Assembly (NCBI GenBank): GCA_963735035.1
Contig: CAVTJJ010000003.1
Coordinates: forward strand, 192,001-256,000
Origin: an uncultured candidate division Zixibacteria bacterium
Lineage (GTDB): Bacteria > Zixibacteria > MSB-5A5 > GN15 > FEB-12
Length of the DNA stretch: 64,000 nt
Reading direction: 5' to 3'
Positions 19,059 to 29,275 of the stretch are shown one piece after another (the stretch's first letter is position 1; every line of letters begins with the position of its first letter). The notes beneath the pieces were generated by a model. It saw only the letters and a list, made by a program, of their open reading frames with translations. It did no database searches and was not told where the DNA came from. A program made the translations under genes and the position numbers.

Positions 19059-20567
19059 ATGACAGCAAATTCCCGATCGTTCTTGATCGGTCTTACGGTT
19101 CTGGCCATCACGCTGGGCGCCCTCTCGTGCTCGAAGACCGAGACGCCCAAGCTGAAATTGCCGACGTTTTACCCGGAAGCGACGCTTACCCAGGCGATGC
19201 AACTTATCGACGAAGGGTATGCGGCGCTGAACGCCTCCAATCTGGCCGGGGCACTCGACAAGTTCGCCAGAGTAGATTCGTTGATTCCCAACGGCTTGGC
19301 CGGAGGCTATCACACCGCGTTTGCTTATGTGGTTACCGGAGACAAGGAAAAGGCGATTGCGGCTCTGACTGCCATGCTCGATAAAGGGTATGATCGCCCT
19401 GCTGAACTGGAAAATAACGCTGACTTTGAGCCGCTCCGTTCGGATCCGCGCTTTGTCAGTTTGATCAGCAAGGCCAAGAAGAACTATGAGACCGCTTCCG
19501 CAGCTTTCGCGTCGGGAATGCCGGAATACGCGAACCCGCCCGATACGTTCAAGACCGAGCAGGATCTGGGAGCCTGGTCTGAGAAGCAGACCCGTTTGAT
19601 TCAATTGTTGGGACGGTTCTGGACCGCCACCGATTATCAGACTGCCCGAGTAGATTTTTATGCCCGCCGTTTGGCTGATGTGCGGGAGTTCAAAAAGACC
19701 GACTCGACCTTTGACTATGGTCTCGAGCGAGTGAGAGCCGTGGTTAGTCTGGGATATCCCTACGAGCCGGGCTGGGGCTACACGACTGACATGATCGTGA
19801 AAGAGGCGGACCGGTTCCTGAAGACGAATCCTGTTCCGGTAAAAGCGGGCGAAGTGAACTATCAGGCCGGGTTTGCGCTCTCTATGAAGTACACCCCTGT
19901 TGACAGTCTTCGGACCGGCGCCTATCAACAGGCGCAGGGGTATCTGACCAGCGTTCCGGCGGGCACGACCTATACCGGCGCAGCCCAGGCCATGCTCCTG
20001 GTGAATCAGTTCCATTCGCCGAACGCCAACGAAGCCGAGCTCGGCGTAAAGCTCAAGGACATTATCGCGCAGTATCCTGCCGACATGAACGTCTGGCGAG
20101 TGGTGGCGACACAATTCTCGAATCAAGCGGCCAAGTACATCTGGCCGATCCCGATCGACAAACCTGATGTCGACGGCAAACCGGTCACCCTGTCTGACTA
20201 CGCGGGCAAGGCCGTGCTGATCGATTTCTGGGCGACCTGGTGTGGCCCGTGCCGTATGGAACTACCCAATCTGGTCGCGGCTTACAACCAGTTTCATGCC
20301 CAGGGATTCGAAGTGGTCTCAATTTCGCTCGATTACGCGAAGGAGGTACCTCTCGATGCCCTTCGCAAGTGGGCCGATTCTTCCGGCATGAGTTGGCGAC
20401 ATGTATACGACGGTAGCGGCTGGGGTACCGAGTTGGTGAGACGGTTCTACGTGGGCAGTATTCCGGCGGGATTCCTGATCGGCAAAGATGGTTCGCTGGT
20501 GGCGATGGGTGATGCCCTGATCGGCCCGAATCTGGCTGTGAGTGTCAAGTCCGCATTGGGGATATAG
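19059..20567 (+). CDS. Lipoprotein with helical/TPR-like N-terminus and TlpA-like thioredoxin domain
   Basis: RBS AGGAG; lipobox LSC; DFWATWCGPC; cis-Pro SIP. Confidence 0.85.
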   Translation: MTANSRSFLIGLTVLAITLGALSCSKTETPKLKLPTFYPEATLTQAMQLIDEGYAALNASNLAGALDKFARVDSLIPNGLAGGYHTAFAYVVTGDKEKAIAALTAMLDKGYDRPAELENNADFEPLRSDPRFVSLISKAKKNYETASAAFASGMPEYANPPDTFKTEQDLGAWSEKQTRLIQLLGRFWTATDYQTARVDFYARRLADVREFKKTDSTFDYGLERVRAVVSLGYPYEPGWGYTTDMIVKEADRFLKTNPVPVKAGEVNYQAGFALSMKYTPVDSLRTGAYQQAQGYLTSVPAGTTYTGAAQAMLLVNQFHSPNANEAELGVKLKDIIAQYPADMNVWRVVATQFSNQAAKYIWPIPIDKPDVDGKPVTLSDYAGKAVLIDFWATWCGPCRMELPNLVAAYNQFHAQGFEVVSISLDYAKEVPLDALRKWADSSGMSWRHVYDGSGWGTELVRRFYVGSIPAGFLIGKDGSLVAMGDALIGPNLAVSVKSALGI

Positions 20568-20604
20568 GACAAGATCAGTACCCCACCCACTGGGTGAATC
20601 TGTT

Positions 20605-21275
20605 GCGGCAGGTCCTGCGTCGCCGAAGGCGGCGTGTGACCTGCCGCTTTCTTATTGCAACGGCTCTGGTAGGTCGGGTTCAGGAGTCATGAGCTTAGCG
20701 TCGACGACTAACCCGACAATTCGATAGAGTTCTTCTTCTGTATAGTGTTCTTCTTTCTGTCTTGCCCCGTTCTAGCCGGGGCACCCATTTACGTGCCGTC
20801 AGGCGTCTCTGCCTGACGGCCTTGTTTCGTGCGTAGTGGACGTCCCCGTCCACCACGTCTTGTTTGTGGACGCTTGTAGGTCGGGTTTTGAGCGTTGAAC
20901 AATTGGGCGAGAAACCCGACATCCTGGAGTTCTTGTTACACTCACGCGAGAGAGATTAGTGTCGGGTTGCGCGCTCAACAAATCCACGCGCGTAACCCGA
21001 CCTACAAGACTGTTCAGGGAAGTCGACAGATGTGGACATCTGCCGGGCACGTTTACAAGTAGCGGCCGCCAGGCCGTCACCCCCGAGTCGTCGGGGGGCT
21101 ATGGGTAATCAAGATCGATAGGCATAGATCGTCACGATTGTGATCTTGCAGTCGCGAGTGGCCATGGATGCCCGACCAAGTCGGGCATGACGGCACTACG
21201 CGACGCAATAGCATTCGCGACTAGTAGGTCGGCGTTCTCGAATCACAAGCGAAGCGGGCGATGAGGAAACCCGAC
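20605..21275. repeat. REP/BIME-like cluster of palindromic units
   Basis: About 11 hairpins, most with a 5' GTAG/GTGC/GTCA tetranucleotide, e.g. GTAGGTCGGGTT...AACCCGAC (20669, 20876, 21224; inverted at 20961-21005), GTGCCGTCAGGC-GTCTCT-GCCTGACGGC, TGGATGCCCGAC-CAA-GTCGGGCATGAC. Confidence 0.75.
20675..21050 (+). repeat. Direct repeat copy 1 (~376 bp)
   Basis: Near-identical to 23188-23565. Confidence 0.95.
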
Positions 21276-21282
21276 ACCGGGC

Positions 21283-23100
21283 CTACAAGCACACCGGAAG
21301 TGTCATACTTCCTGAACCGGTTATGAATAGGTAGTCGATCAGGATAGTAATGTCACCAATCGTAATATCATCACAACCAGGGTACTTTCCACCGGACTGG
21401 TTAATGTCGGCTTCATAGTAGCAGGTTAGCATTTGGCAGTTTCCAGATATGAATAATGCATCGATCTGGACGCTGATATCTCCAATGGTAGGTTCATCGT
21501 CGCCGGAATCGTTAGCATCCCCTACTCGACCCTGGCAACAATCACAGGCGTCTCCAATCCCATCACTGTCAGAATCAAGCTGATCCGGATTAGCCACAAA
21601 AGGGCAATTGTCATTGGGACACAAGTTACCGGGTGTTCCCGGATCACCAAACCCATCGTTATCAGAATCTGCGCAGCCACAACCGACCTCTCCTGCCCCT
21701 ATCAAAGCGGCACAACTGTTGTTCGGCGGTGCGCACGGTGATCCCCAGGAAATAGTGTAGTTGCCAGCCGCTGTATCGCAGAGCATCGGGTCGGCCGAGA
21801 TATTACCATTGACCCCAAGTTGGTCCAGAATTAGCCCTGTCCAATCACCACCGGGATTCCCAAAAATGTCGGTGCAGGTTATGCCAGGTGGAACACCATA
21901 ACACCTAATCGACTCACCACCAGTATTGAACGCAATAACCGAGTGGTTTACTGTCAAGTTTTCACTGCTCTCCAAGTTTGAGCACCATATGGCGCTGGGG
22001 TACGGTGCGGTTTGCACATTGGAGACCAGAGAGCTATTCGAAAAAGTCAATTGGGGGCCACCTCCAATCAACACACAACCGCCTTGATTCTCAGCAAGAG
22101 TGCAGCGAATCATCTGAGCAACAATCCCACTACCATTGAAAGCTAATGCTCCACCGTCAAATGCCTGGTTGTGGCTTATAGAGCAATCCTGAAAGACAAT
22201 GTTGGCATTAGCATTGACCATAACACCACCACCAACATCACCGACCACGTTGCTGTCGATCTGACATCTGGTGCAGGACATGGTCACGAGATAAGGCGAA
22301 TCAAGATACAATCCTCCACCCGCTTGAAATGCAGTATTGTCACTTAATATACAGTCAGTAAGATCAACCGCTGCTGCCCTGGACACTAACAGCCCCCCGC
22401 CCACAGTACACTCGTTATGTGACATAACACACTCAGCGAATGTTCCGTCAGCGTCTTCAATCAGAACTGCTCCTCCTGCAAAGGCAGTGTTCAGACGAAA
22501 CGTTGTACCTGCAAACTTCGGATGGGAACCGTCACAAACATCAACGCCCCCACCATCCCAGTCGACATGATTTTCTTCAAACAGACAGCCGGCGAAGATA
22601 GGATTCGAGCCACTGCAAAAGGCCGCCCCGCCTCGTCTATCGGCGCGATTTGACCTAAAAGTGCAGTTGCGAATCGTAGGTGAAGAAGCATTGACGAATG
22701 AAACAGCACCGCCGACCGACCAAGTGTAATTATAAGAGTCAGTATAATCTGTTGGCCCATACCCTCCTTGAACCGTGAATCCTTCTACAACTGTAGTAGA
22801 ATCCTCTCCGCGCCAGAACTTGAAGCCACGCCTGCGGTCGGTGCTGCTTCCCTGGCAATCTATTATGGTAGCTTCGGGACCATGCTCAGACACCAATAGA
22901 ATAGGCTTGTTTTTGAGATCGATGTCGTAATTGCCCACTCCCGTATAAATACCATCAGCGACCAAGACCGTATCGACGTTATATGCGGCATTAATTCCAG
23001 CTTGTATGGTAGGAGCCGACACCGAAGGCACATGGACGACCCTGGCCTGGCCGACTGACCAGAACAACGACAACCCTATGAGTATCTTCAATCTTGTCAT
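21283..23100 (-). CDS. Secreted right-handed beta-helix protein with TSP3-like Ca repeat and C-terminal dockerin-like module
   Basis: PTIQAGINAA...DTVLVADGIYTG; GGA/GGG...N repeats; DNCPFVANPDQLDSDSDGIGDACD; CCQGRVGDAN...TIGDI module. Confidence 0.85.
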   Translation of the reverse strand: MTRLKILIGLSLFWSVGQARVVHVPSVSAPTIQAGINAAYNVDTVLVADGIYTGVGNYDIDLKNKPILLVSEHGPEATIIDCQGSSTDRRRGFKFWRGEDSTTVVEGFTVQGGYGPTDYTDSYNYTWSVGGAVSFVNASSPTIRNCTFRSNRADRRGGAAFCSGSNPIFAGCLFEENHVDWDGGGVDVCDGSHPKFAGTTFRLNTAFAGGAVLIEDADGTFAECVMSHNECTVGGGLLVSRAAAVDLTDCILSDNTAFQAGGGLYLDSPYLVTMSCTRCQIDSNVVGDVGGGVMVNANANIVFQDCSISHNQAFDGGALAFNGSGIVAQMIRCTLAENQGGCVLIGGGPQLTFSNSSLVSNVQTAPYPSAIWCSNLESSENLTVNHSVIAFNTGGESIRCYGVPPGITCTDIFGNPGGDWTGLILDQLGVNGNISADPMLCDTAAGNYTISWGSPCAPPNNSCAALIGAGEVGCGCADSDNDGFGDPGTPGNLCPNDNCPFVANPDQLDSDSDGIGDACDCCQGRVGDANDSGDDEPTIGDISVQIDALFISGNCQMLTCYYEADINQSGGKYPGCDDITIGDITILIDYLFITGSGSMTLPVCL

Positions 23101-23137
23101 CTGCAATCCGAGACAGGAACATTGGCGGTGTTGTTGT

Positions 23138-23165
23138 AATATACCAAGTTCGGCCGTTTTGTCAA
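23138..23165 (-). promoter_or_regulatory. Sigma-70 promoter
   Basis: Minus strand TTGACA-N16-TATATT with extended -10 TG. Confidence 0.6.
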
Positions 23166-23187
23166 AGAATGATCGGGGCACGTGGAG

Positions 23188-23565
23188 CGGGTTCAGGAGT
23201 TATGGGCGAAGCGAACGACGACCGACCCGACAACTCGATAGAGTTCTTCTTCTGTATAGTGTTCTTCTTTCTGTCTTGCCCCGTTCTAGCCGGGGCACCC
23301 ATTTACGTGCCGTCAGGCGTCTCTGCCTGACGGCCTTGTTTCGTGCGTGGTGGACGTCCCCGTCCACCACGTCTTGTTTGTGGACGCTTGTAGGTCGGGT
23401 TTTGAGCGTTGAACAATTGGGCGAGAAACCCGACATCCTGGAGATCTTGTTACACTCACGTTGAGTGAGATTAGTGTCGGGTTGCGCGCTCAACAAATCC
23501 ACGCGCGTAACCCGACCTACAAGACTGTTCAGGGAAGTCGACAGATGTGGACATCTGCCGGGCAC
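23188..23565 (+). repeat. Direct repeat copy 2 (~378 bp), REP cluster
   Basis: Near-identical to 20675-21050. Confidence 0.95.
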
Positions 23566-23573
23566 CTGAATGC

Positions 23574-24257
23574 CTACTTCAGCAGCTCGCGGAGTTCGGA
23601 TTCGTAATCGATTGAATAATCGGGATGCGTGATGCACACGAAGTATATCTCGAGGCCGGTCGAGACTAAGTAGATCGCATTGCGGTCGATTTCATACACA
23701 CCCGGTTCGCGGGTCAGACCCACCCCCGGTATTTCAGCAAAAATTCCAATCAGCTCGCGAAGGTTCTTGAAGATTGGCTTGAACGCTTTCTGGAATTCTT
23801 TCGAGATGGTCGCGTTGAGAAAATTCCCCTCGTTGTCGAGGCGATACACACGGTGTTCACCCGGCAATGATTCCAATCGAGCCACCATCGGCGGGATCGT
23901 CTCGGTTTCGGGATACGGTTTCTCTTCCGACAGTTCGTGACCGTCCAACACAACCGTCGGTTGGTCAGCAATCGGTTCGGTCGGCAACGGTATGCGCTGG
24001 CTGCCCTGCTCGATAATCTCGATCACCTCGGCGTGCTGCCGTCGGATCGTGACCTCCATCAGGTCCTTTTCTTCGAGGCTCGTGACCGGCGCGTCCAGAT
24101 TCCGCTCGATCTTCTGCACCACCTGGCCGGAACGTTGGATCGTAGTGGTGATGCGCGGGGTCGGCCGGTGGGCATACTCCGTCTGTATCTGAAGCTGGGT
24201 AGCGCCATGCTTCACGAGCGAGGTTCGTCCAGCCGGTATGAGGTCTGCCATTGCCAT
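23574..24257 (-). CDS. Hypothetical cytoplasmic protein
   Basis: 227 aa ORF downstream of nrdJ; N-terminal LQIQTE...RQH segment, linker, small C-terminal domain. Confidence 0.7.
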   Translation of the reverse strand: MAMADLIPAGRTSLVKHGATQLQIQTEYAHRPTPRITTTIQRSGQVVQKIERNLDAPVTSLEEKDLMEVTIRRQHAEVIEIIEQGSQRIPLPTEPIADQPTVVLDGHELSEEKPYPETETIPPMVARLESLPGEHRVYRLDNEGNFLNATISKEFQKAFKPIFKNLRELIGIFAEIPGVGLTREPGVYEIDRNAIYLVSTGLEIYFVCITHPDYSIDYESELRELLK

Positions 24258-24308
24258 AGTTTAGCCTTGGGGCCTGCAAGCGGTCCCTATCGCCCCATTA
24301 TCGGCAGG

Positions 24309-26600
24309 TTAGCAGTTGGAATAACCGCAGGAACGGCAGTAGTAGCAGCCGGAATCGAACTCCATGGCGGAGGCACAGGACGGGCAGATATCAACCGGCT
24401 TAGCCGCCTTTTCGCCCCGGTCGGTGGCCGATGCTGAGCCGCTATCCGCTTTCCCGGGGCCGAAATGCCGCTCCAGGACCTGGGCGATCGCATCCGGGAT
24501 CGACGACACCTTGCCACCCTCGGTGTAGACCGGGCTGGCGCCGCCGATACCGCGCAACTGGCGTATGACCTGATCGATTGACACTCCCGAGCGAAGCGTC
24601 AGCGAGATCAACCGGCAGATCGCCTCGGTGTCGGCCATGGTCGAGTACCCTGACCGGCCGATGTGCGCGAAAACTTCGAACGGGCGCCCGTCGCGAACAT
24701 TCACCGTGACATACAGGTTGCCATAACCGGTGCGAATCTTTTCGGTAACACCGTATAGCACCTGCGGACGTTTCGCGACCACGCGCGACAGAGCCGTCTC
24801 GCCTTCAATCGGACGAGCGGTTGATTTATCTTCGACCGTCGACAGCACCTGGTCGGGGCGCGAACGATCACGATAGACCGTCACCCCTTTGCAGCCGAGT
24901 CGATAGGCAAATTCGAACGCGCGACGAACCTCATCCGACGTAGCATTCTCCGGCAGGTTGATTGTCTTCGACACCGATGAATCGCAGTACATCTGAAACG
25001 CGGCCTGCATCCGGATGTGATTCTCCGGCGAAACATCGGCCGCCGTCAGGAAGAGCGCGCGCAAAGATTCGGGAATTTCAGTGAGGTCGGAGATCGTTCG
25101 CCGCGACGCCACTTTGGCGATAAGGTCATCGGAATAGAAACCGTTGTCGCGGGCCGCCTTCTCAAACCAGGGATTGACCTCGGTCAGCCGCGTGCCGTCC
25201 ATGACATTGCGCTCGTAAGCCAGCGCATAGTACGGTTCGATCCCCGAGGAACAGCCGGCGATGATCGAAATCGTGCCGGTCGGCGCAATCGTAGTCACCG
25301 TGGCGTTGCGCATCGCGACCCCGTCGCGGGCGTAAATCGAGTTGTCCCAACTCGGAAATCGTCCGCGCGATTTGGCCAGTTCAGACGAGTGCTTGCGGGC
25401 CTCGGACTGCACATACTCCATCACCTGCTCGCCGAGCGAGATAGCTTCGGGGGAATCATACGGCAGCCGCAATCTGATGAGCATGTCGGCCCAACCCATG
25501 ATGCCGAGTCCGATACGGCGATTATTGCGGGTCTGAAATTCAATCTGCGGTATCGGATACCGGTTCTGATCGATGACGTTGTCGAGGAAATGCACGCCCT
25601 TGCGGATGACATCGGCGAGTCGTTCCCAATCGATGCCATCAACCGGTGAGGCCGGCGAGTAGTCGTTCGGCAGCGGGTCGCGAACAAACCGCCCCAGATT
25701 GATCGAACCGAGATTGCATGAGTCGTACGGCGGCAGCGGCTGCTCGCCGCACGGGTTGGTGGCTTCGATTTGTTCTGAAGGATAGGTCGGGTTGAGGCGG
25801 TTCATCCGATCGATGAATACGATCCCCGGCTCACCTGTTTTCCAGGCGTGTTCGACAATCTCGCCGAACACCTGGCGCGCGTCGAGTGTCAACTCCTGGC
25901 CGTCATGCTGGTAAGTCCGCCCAGTGCGCGGATCGATCAGCGGATACTTGTCGCCCGTCTCGACCGCCGCCATGAAAGCGTCGGTCGCCGCGACTGAGAT
26001 ATTGAAATTGGTGATCTCACCCGTGTTGTCTTTGCAGGAGATGAATTCGAGAATATCAGGATGGTCCACCCGCAGAATGCCCATATTGGCGCCGCGACGG
26101 GTTCCCCCCTGCTTGACGGCATCGGTGGAAGCATCGTACACTTTCATGAACGAGACCGGCCCGGAGGCAACGCCTGAAGTCGATGCCACCATAGCGTTGC
26201 GAGGTCTGAGGCGCGAGAACGAAAAACCGGTCCCACCGCCCGATTTGTGAATCAACGCGGCGTGTTTGTTGGTCTCGAAAATACCTTCCATGGAGTCTTC
26301 TACCGGGAGCACAAAACAAGCCGAGAGCTGCCCCATCTCCCGCCCGGCGTTCATGAGCGTCGGCGAGTTGGGAAGGAATTCGAGCGAAGTCATGATGTCG
26401 AAGAAGCCGGAGGCGGTGCGGTCGATCTGGTAATCATCGGCGCCGTAAATGCGGTCGGCCTCGGCGATAAACTTGGCCACGCGGACAAAGAGCTCCCGTT
26501 CGGTCTCGATGACCCGCCCCTGCTGGTCTTTGCGCAGGTAGCGCCGTTGCAGCACAGTGCGGGCGTTATCGGTAAGGGGTATGTCTTTGTTGGTCCACAT
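24309..26600 (-). CDS. nrdJ: Class II (adenosylcobalamin-dependent) ribonucleotide reductase with C-terminal TSCPD-like/Zn-ribbon region
   Basis: [55 protein letters not shown]...[13 protein letters not shown]. Start set at ATG 26600 because the upstream extension runs through REPs. Confidence 0.92.
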   Translation of the reverse strand: MWTNKDIPLTDNARTVLQRRYLRKDQQGRVIETERELFVRVAKFIAEADRIYGADDYQIDRTASGFFDIMTSLEFLPNSPTLMNAGREMGQLSACFVLPVEDSMEGIFETNKHAALIHKSGGGTGFSFSRLRPRNAMVASTSGVASGPVSFMKVYDASTDAVKQGGTRRGANMGILRVDHPDILEFISCKDNTGEITNFNISVAATDAFMAAVETGDKYPLIDPRTGRTYQHDGQELTLDARQVFGEIVEHAWKTGEPGIVFIDRMNRLNPTYPSEQIEATNPCGEQPLPPYDSCNLGSINLGRFVRDPLPNDYSPASPVDGIDWERLADVIRKGVHFLDNVIDQNRYPIPQIEFQTRNNRRIGLGIMGWADMLIRLRLPYDSPEAISLGEQVMEYVQSEARKHSSELAKSRGRFPSWDNSIYARDGVAMRNATVTTIAPTGTISIIAGCSSGIEPYYALAYERNVMDGTRLTEVNPWFEKAARDNGFYSDDLIAKVASRRTISDLTEIPESLRALFLTAADVSPENHIRMQAAFQMYCDSSVSKTINLPENATSDEVRRAFEFAYRLGCKGVTVYRDRSRPDQVLSTVEDKSTARPIEGETALSRVVAKRPQVLYGVTEKIRTGYGNLYVTVNVRDGRPFEVFAHIGRSGYSTMADTEAICRLISLTLRSGVSIDQVIRQLRGIGGASPVYTEGGKVSSIPDAIAQVLERHFGPGKADSGSASATDRGEKAAKPVDICPSCASAMEFDSGCYYCRSCGYSNC

Positions 26601-26610
26601 GTCACAATCC

Positions 26611-26764
26611 GTGCGTGGTGGACGTCCTCGTCCGCCACGTAAGTCAGATATTTGTCGAAACCGCCCGAAGCGGGCTGGTTTCAACCTACAAGCCTGAACA
26701 GCGTCTAACCCTCACGGGTTTCGGCCCACGAAAATTTGTCACCCTGAGCCTGTCGAAGGGTGAC
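26611..26764. repeat. REP cluster upstream of nrdJ
   Basis: GTGCGTGGTGGACG-TCCT-CGTCCGCCAC (same unit as 20829 and 49585); inverted GTAGGTTGAAACC...; GTCACCCTGAGCCTGTCGAAGGGTGAC. Confidence 0.75.
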
Positions 26765-26856
26765 AGGGCGTTTAGGGCCTTATTCTGAATATATCGGCTC
26801 CGGACGGCGCCGCAATCACATTGACGCACCATACATAAACGGATGCCGCACAAAAG

Positions 26857-26887
26857 AAAAACCCCGCCCTTGCGGGCGGGGTTCTTG
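26857..26887 (-). terminator. Intrinsic terminator
   Basis: AAAAACCCCGCCC-TTGC-GGGCGGGGTTCTT. Confidence 0.85.
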
Positions 26888-26908
26888 GGCCCAGTCGAAA
26901 AGGTCTTC

Positions 26909-29275
26909 CTAGATCTGGAAGAGGTACTGCAGTTTCATAAAGAACTGGCGCGAGCTCTGTCGCCAACCCATGCCGTTAGGGTCTGGTGGTGCGGATAGAC
27001 TGTACCCGCTGGGAACACCGAAATCGATCAGATCGTGAGTCGATCCAAGATAGAACATCGAGAACGAATTAATGCGATAGGTCAACAACGGATCGAATTC
27101 CCAACTGCGTCCGGCATAGTGGTTGTAGTCCGGACCAGCTCCCGTGTTCTGAACGTAGTCGTCATATTGCACTACCAGCCTGATCGAGAGCTGTGGATTT
27201 ACCTGCAGCCGTACACGAGTGCGCGCAATGGTCTCTTCGTACAGAAGGGCATGGGTGTCCACATGCTTGCTGCGCGCGTAGTTGATGCTCGGTTCGATTA
27301 TCAGGCGATCGATGGGCTTCAGCTCCAACCCGGCCGAAAAACTAGTCTCGTGTCCTTTAACACCGTTATAGACCGCCGGCGACTGCCCCAGTGAGTAGGA
27401 GAAATTGTAGCCGATCTGGTCGAAAGGCTGGCTGTTTACGAACAAATTGGCGTTGAAAACATTCTTATACTCATCACCGAACCAGCGTTCTGATCCCTGA
27501 CTGGTGTTGATCTGCACATAAGTCTGGGCCCAGCGCAGAATGGCGCCAAGGTTGGCGTTGAAGTGCGCCCACTTGCGAACCACTTTCTGGTCCCCCACAC
27601 CGAAATTCCAGCGGCGATCCACACCAATCTGTGGAAAGATCCGCTCGAAGATCCCCGTAGACGGCCGGAAATTGTAGGTAGTGAACGCGAAGAAATTCCT
27701 CTGGTCGGTCCAGGGATCATAGCCGATCTGAGTCCGATACGTCGGAGAGAGCTGGTTGTAATCGATGGTGAAATTCCAGTAGCGCGACCGGCGGCGCAAT
27801 TCCGTGATAAACGCCGTGCCGGTGTATGTTTCGCCGTCCAAACCGACCGTGTACCTGCCGTTGTCAAAGGTGCGTTGTTTTGGAATTCCCCGGTCGGCAT
27901 AGAACGCCGAATCGCTAATCATCGGTTCTTTCGTGTTACTGATAATTCCCTGTCCAACGATGCTGTAGGAGCGATTCAACTTCAGCTCACCGTCACCGGC
28001 CAGAATGATACCGGAACCATCATGCTCGTAAGCCCGATGGGCGGCCAGAAGACCGAGCGTGGAGCCATTTCCTATATTGCCCAGACCGCGCACAACGTTC
28101 ACGGTGCTCTTGCCTATTACAGGTGTCCAGCCCTGTTCCTCCGTGGGAATCGAGTACGGCGATTTCTCGTCGTGAGCCATGGTGTAGGCCATACTGAAGC
28201 CGTTCCAACGCGCCGTCGCTTTGGCCGCAAGATTCGGGTCATTCACCATGCGGGTGTAGAAAGAATTAAACAGAGTGATGAAGAGATCGGAGCCTTCCTG
28301 GAAGAACGGCCGCCGTTCGGGATAGAAAAGCGAAATGGTCGAATTCACGTCGACCTGAGCGGCATCGGCCTCGATCTGACTGAAATCAGGGTTGTATGTT
28401 CCTTCCACTGTGACATCTGAATTGACCGAATATTTCGTGCCCAGTGACAGGTTGCCCATGACATCATCGTTGCGAAATTTCATGTCGGGACGGATTTGTC
28501 CAGCCTGGGTGGAGACGAAGGACGGCAGCAATTCCAGCCCTTTGCCAGGCCGCACGCCCTCAATCCCCTTCACCGTCCCCCACTGACAGGGCCAGCACTG
28601 ATCGTCGTGAGTATTAGGCGACCAGGTGTACTGACGATAGGTTTCGCGCGGTTGCCCCCGCATGAAATCCATCCTCCAGCTCTGAACGTCCTGGTTTGGA
28701 AACCGGAGACTGGCAAACGGAATAGCAATTTCCACGGTGTATCCGGAATCGTTGATATGCGCCGCCGACTCCCAGATGAGGTCGAACCCTTGATTCTCGC
28801 CAGTGGTCTTGGTCCAGAGCATATCTCTCTGTATGCCGTAAGGGTTGACCTTGAATTCATACGCCCAGGCCGCGTCGCCGTAAGTGTCCAGAGCGACCAT
28901 TACTTCGTCATCGGACCCGTACTGGTCCCGCTGGCTCATCGTGGCGCGAATCGTCGAAGGATCATCATGGCAGATGAATCCAACATAGAGATTGTCGGAG
29001 CCATAAGTGACCAGCACTTCGGTTCGGACCGGCGGTTCGGTGTTGTCACCGGGAGCCCGTTCGACGAAATTGGCGGTGCGGGCGGCGGTACTCCACGCCG
29101 CATCGTCCAGGCGACCATCAAGTTTGATCTCGCTTGCAGCCGGCTTAGTATCCAGAATCGGGTTAAAGACGGGCGTGAAGGTGGGATTGGCGACAGCCAG
29201 AGTAGCTGTCAGCACTCCCAGCAAGATTGTCAGAAATCCGGCGCGGCGCAGACCTGACAGACAGAGCTGTAGCAT
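26909..29275 (-). CDS. CBM9-like domain plus DUF5916 outer-membrane protein
   Basis: IKLDGRLDDAAW, YTVEIAIPFASLRF, NPDFSQIEAD, LFYPERRPFFQEG, terminal FFMKLQYLF. Confidence 0.85.
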   Translation of the reverse strand: MLQLCLSGLRRAGFLTILLGVLTATLAVANPTFTPVFNPILDTKPAASEIKLDGRLDDAAWSTAARTANFVERAPGDNTEPPVRTEVLVTYGSDNLYVGFICHDDPSTIRATMSQRDQYGSDDEVMVALDTYGDAAWAYEFKVNPYGIQRDMLWTKTTGENQGFDLIWESAAHINDSGYTVEIAIPFASLRFPNQDVQSWRMDFMRGQPRETYRQYTWSPNTHDDQCWPCQWGTVKGIEGVRPGKGLELLPSFVSTQAGQIRPDMKFRNDDVMGNLSLGTKYSVNSDVTVEGTYNPDFSQIEADAAQVDVNSTISLFYPERRPFFQEGSDLFITLFNSFYTRMVNDPNLAAKATARWNGFSMAYTMAHDEKSPYSIPTEEQGWTPVIGKSTVNVVRGLGNIGNGSTLGLLAAHRAYEHDGSGIILAGDGELKLNRSYSIVGQGIISNTKEPMISDSAFYADRGIPKQRTFDNGRYTVGLDGETYTGTAFITELRRRSRYWNFTIDYNQLSPTYRTQIGYDPWTDQRNFFAFTTYNFRPSTGIFERIFPQIGVDRRWNFGVGDQKVVRKWAHFNANLGAILRWAQTYVQINTSQGSERWFGDEYKNVFNANLFVNSQPFDQIGYNFSYSLGQSPAVYNGVKGHETSFSAGLELKPIDRLIIEPSINYARSKHVDTHALLYEETIARTRVRLQVNPQLSIRLVVQYDDYVQNTGAGPDYNHYAGRSWEFDPLLTYRINSFSMFYLGSTHDLIDFGVPSGYSLSAPPDPNGMGWRQSSRQFFMKLQYLFQI

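Noticed and set aside
18960..20126. 388 aa minus-strand ORF and other long antisense ORFs (e.g. 27563-28420, 29598-30371, 62578-63240)
   Set aside because: Shadow frames opposite well-supported genes in GC-rich DNA, with no recognisable motifs.
20605..23565. CRISPR array or IS/composite transposon
   Set aside because: No regularly spaced identical repeats with unique spacers, no cas or transposase ORF, and no terminal inverted repeats; the units are REP-like hairpins.
20695..23637. Short ORFs 20695-20922, 20799-21080, 23006-23464, 23200-23637
   Set aside because: They are translations of the non-coding repeat, which explains their mutual similarity.
26601..26684. N-terminal extension of NrdJ; NrdR box or cobalamin riboswitch
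   Set aside because: The extension runs through REP palindromes, and no adequate match to either regulatory consensus was found.
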